IMG/VR virus record: IMGVR_UViG_3300002039_000002
Location: 1-35,131 of that record
DNA: 35,131 bases
Source: a virus
Strand: one strand, 5' to 3'
Shown piece after piece: positions 13,662 through 21,910 of the stretch. Below the pieces are notes generated by a model, which was not told where the DNA came from, did not search any database, and saw nothing but the letters and a program-made list of their open reading frames with translations. A program made the translations under genes and the position numbers. Positions within the stretch are counted from its first letter, which is position 1; each line of letters opens with the position of its first letter.

Positions 13662-14090
13662 ATGAACGAAGCTGCAACTTTTTTTCAGGATATCGAGAAT
13701 GGTCATCACCCTTTGGGGTCTATTCCCAACGGAACGCATGTCTTTCGGAGATATGTAATGGATACTGGCAATGTGTGGGAATTCGATGTCAACGTTCGTG
13801 ACTCGGCAAGCTTAGGACTGCCGCAGATTACAAGTCCGAATGAAGTTCAGGTTCAAGTCCGCGCGCGTTTTACCACTACTGCCCTCGCTAGGACAGCTAT
13901 CAATCAGGCGTCAGAAGGCGTTCGAAAGACTTTTACCGTGGCGTCGAAATTGTTTGTTAGCAATCTCGGCAACCCTCTATCGTCAAGAGTGGCTGCGGCT
14001 AATCAGGCAAAGGGATGGATCGAAAGCAGAACGTTTGATATGTTCGGCACGGCGGGATTCATTGCCGGTGATAGTGACGACGCGGTCTAG
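13662..14090 (+). CDS. Hypothetical protein
   Basis: 142-codon ORF with GGAG upstream. Confidence 0.7.
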   Translation: MNEAATFFQDIENGHHPLGSIPNGTHVFRRYVMDTGNVWEFDVNVRDSASLGLPQITSPNEVQVQVRARFTTTALARTAINQASEGVRKTFTVASKLFVSNLGNPLSSRVAAANQAKGWIESRTFDMFGTAGFIAGDSDDAV

Positions 14091-14117
14091 ACGCAAGCTT
14101 GATTTTTTCGGGGAATT

Positions 14118-14146
14118 GGCGCACCTTCGGGCGCGCCTTTTTCTTT
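14118..14146 (+). terminator. Rho-independent terminator (UUCG tetraloop)
   Basis: ggcgcacc-ttcg-ggcgcgcc stem (one mismatch) followed by tttttctttt. Confidence 0.7.
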
Positions 14147-14200
14147 TGGAGAAAATGAGTTGCCGGCAAAGATATTGCACGCCGCAGAAAGGCTTATGAG

Positions 14201-15652
14201 ATGAGCGAAATCATATATCGCCCTTCCGGGCCGACGATCCAGCGTTTCCATCATAGCGACGCGCGCCGACGCCTCATCTTAGGCCCGATCCGGTCTGGAA
14301 CGTCTGTAGGCTGCTGTGTTGAGATGATACGCAGGATTATGACCACTGAACCGGATAACAGCGGCGTTCGGCGCTCACGATGGGCTGTGCTGCGGCCTAC
14401 GCTTGGCGACCTTAAGAGGACCACCATCAAAACGTGGGAGCAATGGGCCGCGCCTGTGTTCGGTAATGTGCCTATCCAGCGCGTACACGGCATCATTCAC
14501 GACATCGATATTATGGGGCCGGACGGGATACCGATCGATGCGGAGGTAATATTTTTCTCGATTAATACCCTAGAAGATATTGAAAAGCTAAAGTCCCTCG
14601 AACTTACAGGAGCGTTCGTAAATGAATTCTGCGCATTTCCTAAGGCTGTTATTGATGCACTTGATGATCGTGTCGGTCATTTTCCAAACAAGAGGGACGG
14701 CGGCGATAGGGCTTGGTCTGGTTGGTGGGCCGATAGTAATATGCCGGATACTGATCATTGGGTATATGAGAATTTCGAAGAGGAAGGGGGGATTGAGGGG
14801 TGGGACTACTTTCGACAGCCTGGAGCAGTCATTAAGAACGGCGAAGAATGGGTGATTAATCCGGAAGCTGAAAATTTGGATAATCTTAACAAAGGTGCGC
14901 AGTTCTACTTAGACAGTATTCAGGGAAAGTCAGATGCTCATATTCGTGTTCTTTATGCTGCTGAATTTGCCTTTTTTGCAGACGGCGCACGCATCATTTC
15001 AGATTATGTGGATAGCGTTCACTGTCTCAAATCTCCAATCGAGTTCGATCATTCACTTAGCAGCAAGGTATCAATCGGCATTGACTTTGGCGCAACTCCA
15101 GCCGCATCGCTCGGCCAACGTGACCCGATGGGTAGGGATATAGCAATTGACGAAATCGTTGCTGAAAAAGTTGGTATAACAGGCTTGATCAATGGTGGCC
15201 TTGGCGATACATACAAACAGTTAATTGCGTCAGGTTTCGAGGTGGTGGTTACGGGTGATCCTGCAGGTGGGCAGGCTGGACAGGCCAATGGTGTTTCGGA
15301 TAGGCCGTTTGACATTCTTTGGAAAGAAGGAATTCCAGCAAACAAAGCTCATACGAATGCATTCGCTACAAGGACAGAAGTTCTAAACGAAGCTTGCCGA
15401 ACTATGATTGATGGCGTTCCTAAATTTCGCCTTTCTCCAAAATGCAAAATCACAAGAAAAGGGATGGCTGAAAAATACGTCTTGAAAAAAATCGCCAATG
15501 GTAATAGGTTCCAGACTACTCCAGACAAAGGCCCGTTCTCCCATCCTGTCGAGGCTTGTGAATATCGAATGATGGGATATGGAGACGGCCTAGGTTATGG
15601 CAAACGTGCTAGTTCTGGCGGTGTCATTCAAGCAGATGTAAGTGGGTGGTAG
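14201..15652 (+). CDS. terL: Terminase large subunit
   Basis: 483 aa. P-loop-like LGPIRSGTSV, Walker B-like LTGAFVNE, and RNaseH-like nuclease Asp motifs IGIDFGATP and VVVTGDPAG. Confidence 0.85.
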   Translation: MSEIIYRPSGPTIQRFHHSDARRRLILGPIRSGTSVGCCVEMIRRIMTTEPDNSGVRRSRWAVLRPTLGDLKRTTIKTWEQWAAPVFGNVPIQRVHGIIHDIDIMGPDGIPIDAEVIFFSINTLEDIEKLKSLELTGAFVNEFCAFPKAVIDALDDRVGHFPNKRDGGDRAWSGWWADSNMPDTDHWVYENFEEEGGIEGWDYFRQPGAVIKNGEEWVINPEAENLDNLNKGAQFYLDSIQGKSDAHIRVLYAAEFAFFADGARIISDYVDSVHCLKSPIEFDHSLSSKVSIGIDFGATPAASLGQRDPMGRDIAIDEIVAEKVGITGLINGGLGDTYKQLIASGFEVVVTGDPAGGQAGQANGVSDRPFDILWKEGIPANKAHTNAFATRTEVLNEACRTMIDGVPKFRLSPKCKITRKGMAEKYVLKKIANGNRFQTTPDKGPFSHPVEACEYRMMGYGDGLGYGKRASSGGVIQADVSGW

Positions 15653-15653
15653 A

Positions 15654-15863
15654 ATGGAAATCGAATGCAAGGCTGAAGCTGTATCAATAAGAGATTTAGA
15701 AAATCCAGATTGGCTTATCGATGAATTGTCGAACCCAAACGCATACATTCAAGATTGGTTGGAAATCGATCATGGCGATAACGTGGGAAACACAGAAGTA
15801 TCGAGAGAGCGACGCAGCGTTTCAGATCGGGTATTGTTACATCAGGCACGCGGGCAAACTTAA
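15654..15863 (+). CDS. Hypothetical protein (3' part overlaps the next ORF)
   Basis: ATG 2 nt after the TerL stop. The N-terminal 40 aa look protein-like and the tail looks low-quality. Confidence 0.35.
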   Translation: MEIECKAEAVSIRDLENPDWLIDELSNPNAYIQDWLEIDHGDNVGNTEVSRERRSVSDRVLLHQARGQT

Positions 15864-16095
15864 ATTGGTTCGTATATCTCTTGAGCAAAATGGCCAGCCA
15901 AGGCCGTACTTTCACACGCCAGCCGTCGAGATAACATATAGTGAAGGCGAATTCACGATTGCAGGCGGTGGAAGGATTTGTGATCACGTTATTGACGAAA
16001 TGAGGGATGTTAACTCTTACGATCAAAGCTCTTTCGAATATTCTTTTGATCAGATAAAGTCTTTGTTGTTGAAACAAGCAGAAGGTGAAACATGA
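15772..16095 (+). CDS. Hypothetical protein
   Basis: Frame +1 relative to the previous ORF. The beta-strand-like sequence AAFQIGYCYIRHAGKLKLVRISLEQ supports this frame. The start is uncertain (ATG 15772, or TTG 15865). Confidence 0.5.
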   Translation: MAITWETQKYRESDAAFQIGYCYIRHAGKLKLVRISLEQNGQPRPYFHTPAVEITYSEGEFTIAGGGRICDHVIDEMRDVNSYDQSSFEYSFDQIKSLLLKQAEGET

Positions 16096-16160
16096 AAGAT
16101 GTCCTTTGGATAGCTTTCTTTTTTCTTTTAGCGGTGGCAATGATGGCGGGTTTTAGATGA
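16092..16160 (+). CDS. Tiny hydrophobic peptide (22 aa)
   Basis: MKDVLWIAFFFLLAVAMMAGFR, with ATGA overlaps at both ends. Confidence 0.3.
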   Translation: MKDVLWIAFFFLLAVAMMAGFR

Positions 16161-16402
16161 CCGATCTCGACGCAATGAAGCGAGAAATAGCGGATGCCTG
16201 CGGCTGTGAAGTGATGGATACGCATCAAGCGGCGCAGGTTGCCCTTGACGCGTCTTATCAGGCAAGTGATTTCGAGCTAATGTCTAACTCGCAGATAGTT
16301 ACTAGGCCTGGAGGCTTTGGGCATTGGTATCGAGAAATGGCAGTTATCAGGATCAAGAAAGCGTCATTCGATATGACGAGAAAGGAACGTGAAGCCAGAT
16401 GA
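16157..16402 (+). CDS. Hypothetical protein
   Basis: 81-codon ORF translationally coupled on both sides. Confidence 0.6.
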   Translation: MTDLDAMKREIADACGCEVMDTHQAAQVALDASYQASDFELMSNSQIVTRPGGFGHWYREMAVIRIKKASFDMTRKEREAR

Positions 16403-16968
16403 GCGTCCATTGGCTTCTTGGATCAAGGAGTGATGGCTTTGCGAATTTCGTGAAGTCTTTTGAACTGGAGGTTGAAAGACAAATGAGTGATGCAACGACA
16501 GGCGACCGAAGCCAGCCACATGATGCCGTCACGATCGAAGAGTGCCCAGGCGGATGCGGACGCCCGGTCGCGGCAGGTCAAACATGTGCTATTTGCCAGA
16601 CTGCCGAGGATGTGCGGATGGTGATCAACAAAGACGGAGGCGATTTGTTTAACGCCTATCAGCACCAATCTGCGCAGGCCGCGCTATATCCTAAGTCGCC
16701 AGCCGTTGCGGGCGTTCCGCTATATCCAGTCCTTGGTCTTTGTGACGAGGCCGGAGAAGTGGCAGCGAAATTCAAGAAATGCCTTCGAGGCGATAAGCCC
16801 TTAAGTATTGACGACTTGCGCGATGAATTGGGGGATTGCCTTTGGTATCTCGCGGCAGTTGCGAGAGAGGCCGGTATCCCCCTTTCATCTGTCGCGATGC
16901 GTAACCTGGAAAAGCTCAAATCTCGCGTTGAGCGTGGCGTTGTCAAGGGCGATGGTGATAACCGGTGA
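16399..16968 (+). CDS. mazG: MazG-like nucleoside triphosphate pyrophosphohydrolase with N-terminal zinc ribbon
   Basis: LGLCDEAGEVAAKFKK...RDELGDCLWYLAAVARE (the EAGE...E..D..WY MazG core), preceded by CPGGCG...CAIC. Confidence 0.8.
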   Translation: MSVHWLLGSRSDGFANFVKSFELEVERQMSDATTGDRSQPHDAVTIEECPGGCGRPVAAGQTCAICQTAEDVRMVINKDGGDLFNAYQHQSAQAALYPKSPAVAGVPLYPVLGLCDEAGEVAAKFKKCLRGDKPLSIDDLRDELGDCLWYLAAVAREAGIPLSSVAMRNLEKLKSRVERGVVKGDGDNR

Positions 16969-17327
16969 CGAGAAAACAGCACTGTGAAGTATGGCAGCCG
17001 TTTATGGTGGCGGAGGGATGGTCATATCTTCCTAAGTCGCTCAACCATCTTGACGAAAATGATAAACTGGTGTCCCGATCTTTGACGGTTCACGCTGAAG
17101 CAGCGGCCATAGAAGCCGCGACATTTGATTTGAATGGTGCTACACTGTATACGTACCCTCGCTTTCCATGTTCGGATTGCGCACTTAGGATTGTCCAGGC
17201 CGGGATAACGCAGGTCATAGCGCCAGCGCCTACGGATGGATATTGGAAGGCTGATCAAGAATTGGCCATTCGTATCTTCAAAAGGGCTGGTATCGATGTC
17301 AAGTTTGCAGGACGACTTAGCGCATAG
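16965..17327 (+). CDS. Cytidine/deoxycytidylate deaminase-fold protein (short dCMP deaminase-like)
   Basis: Zinc motifs HAEAAAI and PCSDCALRIVQAGITQV (HAE...PCxxC). GTG start overlapping the previous stop. Confidence 0.7.
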   Translation: MTRKQHCEVWQPFMVAEGWSYLPKSLNHLDENDKLVSRSLTVHAEAAAIEAATFDLNGATLYTYPRFPCSDCALRIVQAGITQVIAPAPTDGYWKADQELAIRIFKRAGIDVKFAGRLSA

Positions 17328-18753
17328 GGATTATCTCAAACGCTTTTGGTCTGAAATCTATGATGATTTCGATGATGCGTATGAACTGATCGCGCCCGTA
17401 GGTTTTCATTGGATGGGCCATAGAAACGCAGGTCACGATAAGATCGCATTCACGTCTGTTGGCCAGCAAGGCGCAATGGAATTCGTTGAAGAAGTTTCTC
17501 GAACCGTTGTTCCTCCCACTGGCGGATGGGGCTCGATTGAGCCTGGAGAGGAGGTAATCGCTCTCGGAAAACAGGCTATTCAAAATGCGCGACGCCAGCT
17601 AAAGCCTATCAATGAATTTATCGAGCGCGCAATTGACCGATCGGGTTTCTACGAGCATTTCCCCCGCCTTGGATGGGAGCGCTCAATTTCTGCTGGCGTT
17701 ATGCTTACGCGCATCACGCAAGACATGGATATACCTTTAAAGGTTGAGGCTGTTCCTCATTGGAATTTGACATACTGCGATCAGAAGCATCACGTTTATC
17801 GGTCGTGGACAGAGCATCGCGATAAGGTAAAGCTTCGTTATGGTGTTGAGCGTGATGATGCCCAAGAACTTCGGTTGATCGAAGTTACAAAGCGTCTAGG
17901 GCCTGATCGATGGGAAACAACTGTTCGCTTTGAAGATGATGAGGATCATACACTTTTCTTTCAGACGTACACTGAAAATCCATGGATCATCGCACGTGCT
18001 CACCGTCCCGCAGGTAATCCAGTAGGGCGTGGTCCTGGCCTCGAAGCGCTCGCAGATCTTCGAGAGCTTAACCGCGTGGCATTCGATAAGAAGGTATATC
18101 GAGGCCGCACCCTCAACCCTGCTTATAATATGGACGACGATGGGGTGGCGCCAGTCACAGGGCTTCGTATCGGTCCAGGCGTGATAATTCCACGCCGACC
18201 ACAAGCGCGCGGGCTCGAGCCGATTATGATGGCCGGTAACATCCAATGGGCCGATTTCGATACGACTAACTTGGAAGGGCGTATCTTGGCGCGGTTTCGT
18301 CATGACACCTTGCCTGATCCATCACAGGGATCGCGAACGCTAGGAGAGTTGCGCTTGCGTCGTGAGCGTGACTTACAGTCGGCAGAGCCGAACGCTATAA
18401 GTTTCGGGTCGGAACTGATCGAGCCTTTAATGCGTCGCATGGTTGCAGCAATGAGGGCGAACGGAACGTTGACACGTGACTTTCCGAAGATTGACGGCAA
18501 GCGCTTGCGTTTTTCTGTGGATGGTCCCTTGCAAAAGCTACGCAAGACGGTAAAGGCGATGCGAAAAGTCGAAGCGATAGGACTTCTTAATTCAACCGCA
18601 GGTGTTGAAACAACAGCCCAGGCAATTGACATTGTTGGGGCTGTTGCAAATTCTTCGGAAGATCTTGGCTTTGATGTCGAAGAGATTTTGACGGAAGACG
18701 AGAGGGCCGAAGTTGGGCAGGCCATCTCACAGCAAAGAGCATTGGGACAATAA
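17296..18753 (+). CDS. Portal (head-tail connector) protein
   Basis: About 485 aa. It sits upstream of scaffold and capsid, as in T7-like gene order. The track ORF starts at 17236; ATG 17296 is preferred. Confidence 0.65.
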   Translation: MSSLQDDLAHRDYLKRFWSEIYDDFDDAYELIAPVGFHWMGHRNAGHDKIAFTSVGQQGAMEFVEEVSRTVVPPTGGWGSIEPGEEVIALGKQAIQNARRQLKPINEFIERAIDRSGFYEHFPRLGWERSISAGVMLTRITQDMDIPLKVEAVPHWNLTYCDQKHHVYRSWTEHRDKVKLRYGVERDDAQELRLIEVTKRLGPDRWETTVRFEDDEDHTLFFQTYTENPWIIARAHRPAGNPVGRGPGLEALADLRELNRVAFDKKVYRGRTLNPAYNMDDDGVAPVTGLRIGPGVIIPRRPQARGLEPIMMAGNIQWADFDTTNLEGRILARFRHDTLPDPSQGSRTLGELRLRRERDLQSAEPNAISFGSELIEPLMRRMVAAMRANGTLTRDFPKIDGKRLRFSVDGPLQKLRKTVKAMRKVEAIGLLNSTAGVETTAQAIDIVGAVANSSEDLGFDVEEILTEDERAEVGQAISQQRALGQ

Positions 18754-19011
18754 ATGGATCATAAATCTTGTCAGGCGCTTAATTCGTTTTATCAAACCAC
18801 AGCGGGAGAACATGCTATTAATTCGTTGATTTCCGAATTAGAAAGTGGTACATATGACAAATCGAACGCGAACGCGACAGCGGCGGTTTATGATCTCGCC
18901 AAAGCTCATGTTTCGCAATTGATACAAGGTGCAATCCAAAAAGGAAAATTTCCCGATGACGACAGTTACGCCCGCCACATCGAAGCCGCAAGCGCCGAAG
19001 CCCGTGGCTAA
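18754..19011 (+). CDS. Hypothetical protein
   Basis: 85-codon ORF starting 1 nt after the portal stop. Confidence 0.5.
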   Translation: MDHKSCQALNSFYQTTAGEHAINSLISELESGTYDKSNANATAAVYDLAKAHVSQLIQGAIQKGKFPDDDSYARHIEAASAEARG

Positions 19012-19198
19012 GGTGACCGCCGCTCTCGGCAAGCTTCGCTGCGATCACTACAGCGATGATGTTCGCGAGGCTATGCAGCCTTTCGCCGACTTCGCCCGCA
19101 AGTTCGTGTCCGATCTGTCCGGCGATCTCAACGACGATCAGGTCAAGGCCGTGACCTACCTCGCCAAGGCGGCGAAGAGCTCAGCCGGCATTCTTTGA
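18956..19198 (+). CDS. Hypothetical protein
   Basis: ATG at 18956 (MTTVTPATSKPQAPKP...) with an AAAGGA SD. Overlaps the previous ORF by 56 nt. Confidence 0.5.
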   Translation: MTTVTPATSKPQAPKPVAKVTAALGKLRCDHYSDDVREAMQPFADFARKFVSDLSGDLNDDQVKAVTYLAKAAKSSAGIL

Positions 19199-19228
19199 CC
19201 GGCGACCATCTGCGATAGCAGCCGAAGA

Positions 19229-19262
19229 CCTCGCCTTTAACCGGGCGGGGTTTTCCTGTTTT
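19229..19262 (+). terminator. Candidate rho-independent terminator
   Basis: cctcgcc (19229-19235) pairs with ggcgggg (19244-19250, one G-U pair), followed by ttttcctgttttt. Confidence 0.4.
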
Positions 19263-19288
19263 TCGCCTACTGATAGGAATATTTTTCC

Positions 19289-19930
19289 ATGACTGAACGT
19301 CCCGATAGTATCCCCGAAAAGTTTTGGGATGCCGAGAAAGGCGAAGTGCGCGTTGATGACCTAGCCAAAAGCTATGGTGAGCTTTCAGCGCTTCTTGGTA
19401 AGCCAAAGTCACGCGCGCCGGAAAGCTACACATTGCCGGAAGGCAAGGGCGTTGATCAGCTTTTGACCGAAGATATGCGCAAAGATGCCATGTCATTGGT
19501 CGATACGGCCAAAGAGCTTGACATGACACAGGCTCAATTCGAGCACGCATTTGAGGGCCGTTTCGGATTGGCAATGTCGATTGACAAAGATCAGTTCACC
19601 GAAGCTTCGGCTTTTCTAGAATCTCTTCCAGAAGAGATGGCCAAGGGCTTTAATGTGACGATCCGCACGCCGGATGGCATAAGCTCAATCTTGGCGATGA
19701 AAAAGACGATGGCGGAAAAAGCAATTCCGACAAACGTCAATTATCGCGCGGCGGATAAATCGCTTGATGACATGATCCTTGAGCGGGACACGTTCGTTTC
19801 CGAATCTCAAGGCAAGGGTTCTGGCTTCTACAATCAACGTGCGGTTCAAGACAAAATCCGGCATATGAGTCAGGAAATTGTCAAGCGCCGTGATGTCGAA
19901 GAGACTGCGAAGAAAGCAGAACAGGGTTGA
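19289..19930 (+). CDS. Capsid scaffolding protein
   Basis: N-terminal IPEKFWDAEKGEVRVDDLAKSYGELSALLG pattern typical of podovirus scaffolds. Helical and charged, and placed directly before the capsid gene. Confidence 0.65.
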   Translation: MTERPDSIPEKFWDAEKGEVRVDDLAKSYGELSALLGKPKSRAPESYTLPEGKGVDQLLTEDMRKDAMSLVDTAKELDMTQAQFEHAFEGRFGLAMSIDKDQFTEASAFLESLPEEMAKGFNVTIRTPDGISSILAMKKTMAEKAIPTNVNYRAADKSLDDMILERDTFVSESQGKGSGFYNQRAVQDKIRHMSQEIVKRRDVEETAKKAEQG

Positions 19931-19956
19931 CTTAGAGAGCGTGTCAACATTATGAT
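19927..19956 (+). promoter_or_regulatory. Candidate sigma70-type promoter upstream of the capsid gene
   Basis: TTGACT (19927-19932), an 18-nt spacer, then TATGAT (19951-19956). Confidence 0.4.
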
Positions 19957-20086
19957 GTAAGTGCGTCAGACAACCCTCTCCTTGAGGGCCTGCGGGTTTT
20001 AACTGCCTGCCGGCCCCTTGGAGAAGGGACACCCGAAAGACGGCAGTTCGCAAAGTTCTGCATTCAACTCTTTCGGAGTGTGTCAA

Positions 20087-20905
20087 ATGTCTACGTCTAT
20101 TGATCAGGCGTTTATCGAACAGTTTGAGAGCGAAGTGAAGGCCGCGTATCAGCGCAAGGGCTCGATGCTTCGTAACACCGTGCGCGTTAAGACCGGTGTT
20201 ATTGGTGAGGCCACGACATTCCAGACTGTCGGCAAGACCGCAGCAACTGGCAAAGCGCGTCACGCGCCCATCCCGCCCGCCAATCAGGACCACACGCCAG
20301 TTCTGTGTCCGATCACTGACGAGTATATCGGCGACTACGTCGATCAACTCGATCAACTTAAGACGAACAGCGATGAGCGCATGAACATCGCCAATGCGAA
20401 TGTTTGGGCGCTTGGCCGCGCGCATGACGCCAAGATCGTTACCGCGCTTGAACTCGGTACACTTGTGGCTGGTTCGGGCGTTGATGGTCTGACGCTGGCT
20501 AAGGCAAAGGAAGCTTCTCGAATTCTTGACGAAAACGACGTCCCGCGTGATGGCGAGCGGTTCGCTATCGTTAGTCCTGGAGCATGGGAAGATCTTCTAG
20601 ATATCGAGGAATTCTCCAGCGCGGACTATGTTCGAGCCGAAAACCTTCCATACGTCGAGGATGGCGCGAAGAAATGGAACGGCGCGATGTGGATGCAATT
20701 CACCGGCCTTGGTATCACTGCCAATGTCCGGCGTTGCTTCATGTACCATCGATCGTCGACCGGCTTCGCTGTCCAGCAAGAAATCGATCTCGATGTCGAC
20801 TGGGAAGGTTCGCGGCGCGGTCACTTTGTCTCTTCGGCGACAGCGACCGGTTCTTGCCTCATCGATAATCGTGGCGTCGTCGAGATGCCGGTTTTGGAGG
20901 GTTAA
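20087..20905 (+). CDS. Major capsid protein
   Basis: AFIEQFESEVKAAYQRKGSMLRNTVRVKTGV.GEATTFQTVGK...ALGRAHDAKIVTAL pattern of phage major capsid families. GGAG SD. Follows the scaffold gene. Confidence 0.75.
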   Translation: MSTSIDQAFIEQFESEVKAAYQRKGSMLRNTVRVKTGVIGEATTFQTVGKTAATGKARHAPIPPANQDHTPVLCPITDEYIGDYVDQLDQLKTNSDERMNIANANVWALGRAHDAKIVTALELGTLVAGSGVDGLTLAKAKEASRILDENDVPRDGERFAIVSPGAWEDLLDIEEFSSADYVRAENLPYVEDGAKKWNGAMWMQFTGLGITANVRRCFMYHRSSTGFAVQQEIDLDVDWEGSRRGHFVSSATATGSCLIDNRGVVEMPVLEG

Positions 20906-20907
20906 TC

Positions 20908-21213
20908 ATGGCATTTCGCCCTAATAATCTTGCTATGTTGCAAACCGTTGGGTTCAAAGACGAAATTCCGAGCGATCTCACTAGCAATAGCCTCCGCATG
21001 TGGGCTTACAAAAGTGAAGATCTTTCCTCGGTGATCGATACCAGTGGATACTTTAATGAAGCTGTTGATTTGCTGAAAGTCGGTGATGCCATTTGGGGGC
21101 TTACAAACGTCACCGTGAATCCTGCATACGGTTGGTTTGTGGTCAAAGCAAATAATGGAACTACTGTTGACGTGGCCAACATTTCGAGCGTTGGCCTAGC
21201 TAACAGCGACTAA
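20908..21213 (+). CDS. Hypothetical virion-associated protein (possible head decoration)
   Basis: 101-codon ORF immediately after the capsid gene, with the motif WAYKSEDLSSVIDTSGYFNEAVDLLKVGDAIW. Confidence 0.6.
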   Translation: MAFRPNNLAMLQTVGFKDEIPSDLTSNSLRMWAYKSEDLSSVIDTSGYFNEAVDLLKVGDAIWGLTNVTVNPAYGWFVVKANNGTTVDVANISSVGLANSD

Positions 21214-21226
21214 GGGAATCGAGACT

Positions 21227-21910
21227 ATGGCGACCCGCACCCAAATTGCAGATGCAGCCTTTGCGCTTCTCAACGTGCGCGAAAATGAAAGCGACGTTGA
21301 TACTGACAATTCGGTGCGGGCTCGCCGGTTTCGAGTGCTATTTGATTCCCAACTTCAGCAGTTGCTGAAATCTTACAAATGGCCTTTTCTGCAAAGGTCT
21401 GCAGTTTCATTGAAAATTGACCCCTCTACGCTTGCAACTACTTTCAATACTGACAAATTCAAATCATTCTACTTCTTCCCGGACGGAACATCCAACGCTC
21501 TTTTCTTCCGTCCTGTACAGCCGAATAGGCTTCTTAGAGTTAATTGGCAAACGATCGAACCCTGCAATGTTCAGAGATACGCAAGAAAAGCTTTCGGCGG
21601 TATAATCTCAGAGCATGAAGATGATGAAATTTGTTATGAATATTATGCGGACATTGGAGGCGATACGACATTGCTTCCTGATACGTTCGCTCCAGTTCTT
21701 TACCATAAGATGGCGTCTTTGCTCGCGTCTCCTCTAGGCAGGCCGGCTGAGCAAGCTCCGCAGGATGTAAAATATCAACAGGCCCTTCAAGAGATGAAGC
21801 TGGCCTTCTCGATCGAAGAAGGGCCGGCGCATGTGATCTTTGATGACACGGCGGTCCTTGGTCGGTTCGGCGGGATTGGTATCGGGGACCGTGAAGGCGA
21901 TGGCCCATGA
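21227..21910 (+). CDS. Tail tubular protein A-like (T7 gp11-like adaptor)
   Basis: The N-terminus IADAAFALLNV...DNSVRARRFRVLFDSQLQQLLKSYKWPF resembles the T7 gp11 N-terminal pattern, and the size and position match. Confidence 0.55.
   Translation: MATRTQIADAAFALLNVRENESDVDTDNSVRARRFRVLFDSQLQQLLKSYKWPFLQRSAVSLKIDPSTLATTFNTDKFKSFYFFPDGTSNALFFRPVQPNRLLRVNWQTIEPCNVQRYARKAFGGIISEHEDDEICYEYYADIGGDTTLLPDTFAPVLYHKMASLLASPLGRPAEQAPQDVKYQQALQEMKLAFSIEEGPAHVIFDDTAVLGRFGGIGIGDREGDGP

Noticed and set aside
17896-18725. Two minus-strand ORFs (135 and 141 codons) inside the portal gene. Similar antisense ORFs occur at 24006-24410, 26959-27363 and 28428-28898
   Set aside because: All are embedded antisense in long, translationally coupled rightward structural genes and have Arg/Ser/Pro-rich shadow-frame composition.
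19685-20425. 246-codon minus-strand ORF
   Set aside because: It lies antisense to the scaffold and major capsid genes, which have clear motifs, SDs and synteny. Its product is Arg/Leu-rich, typical of the shadow frame of a GC-rich gene, and it has no SD.
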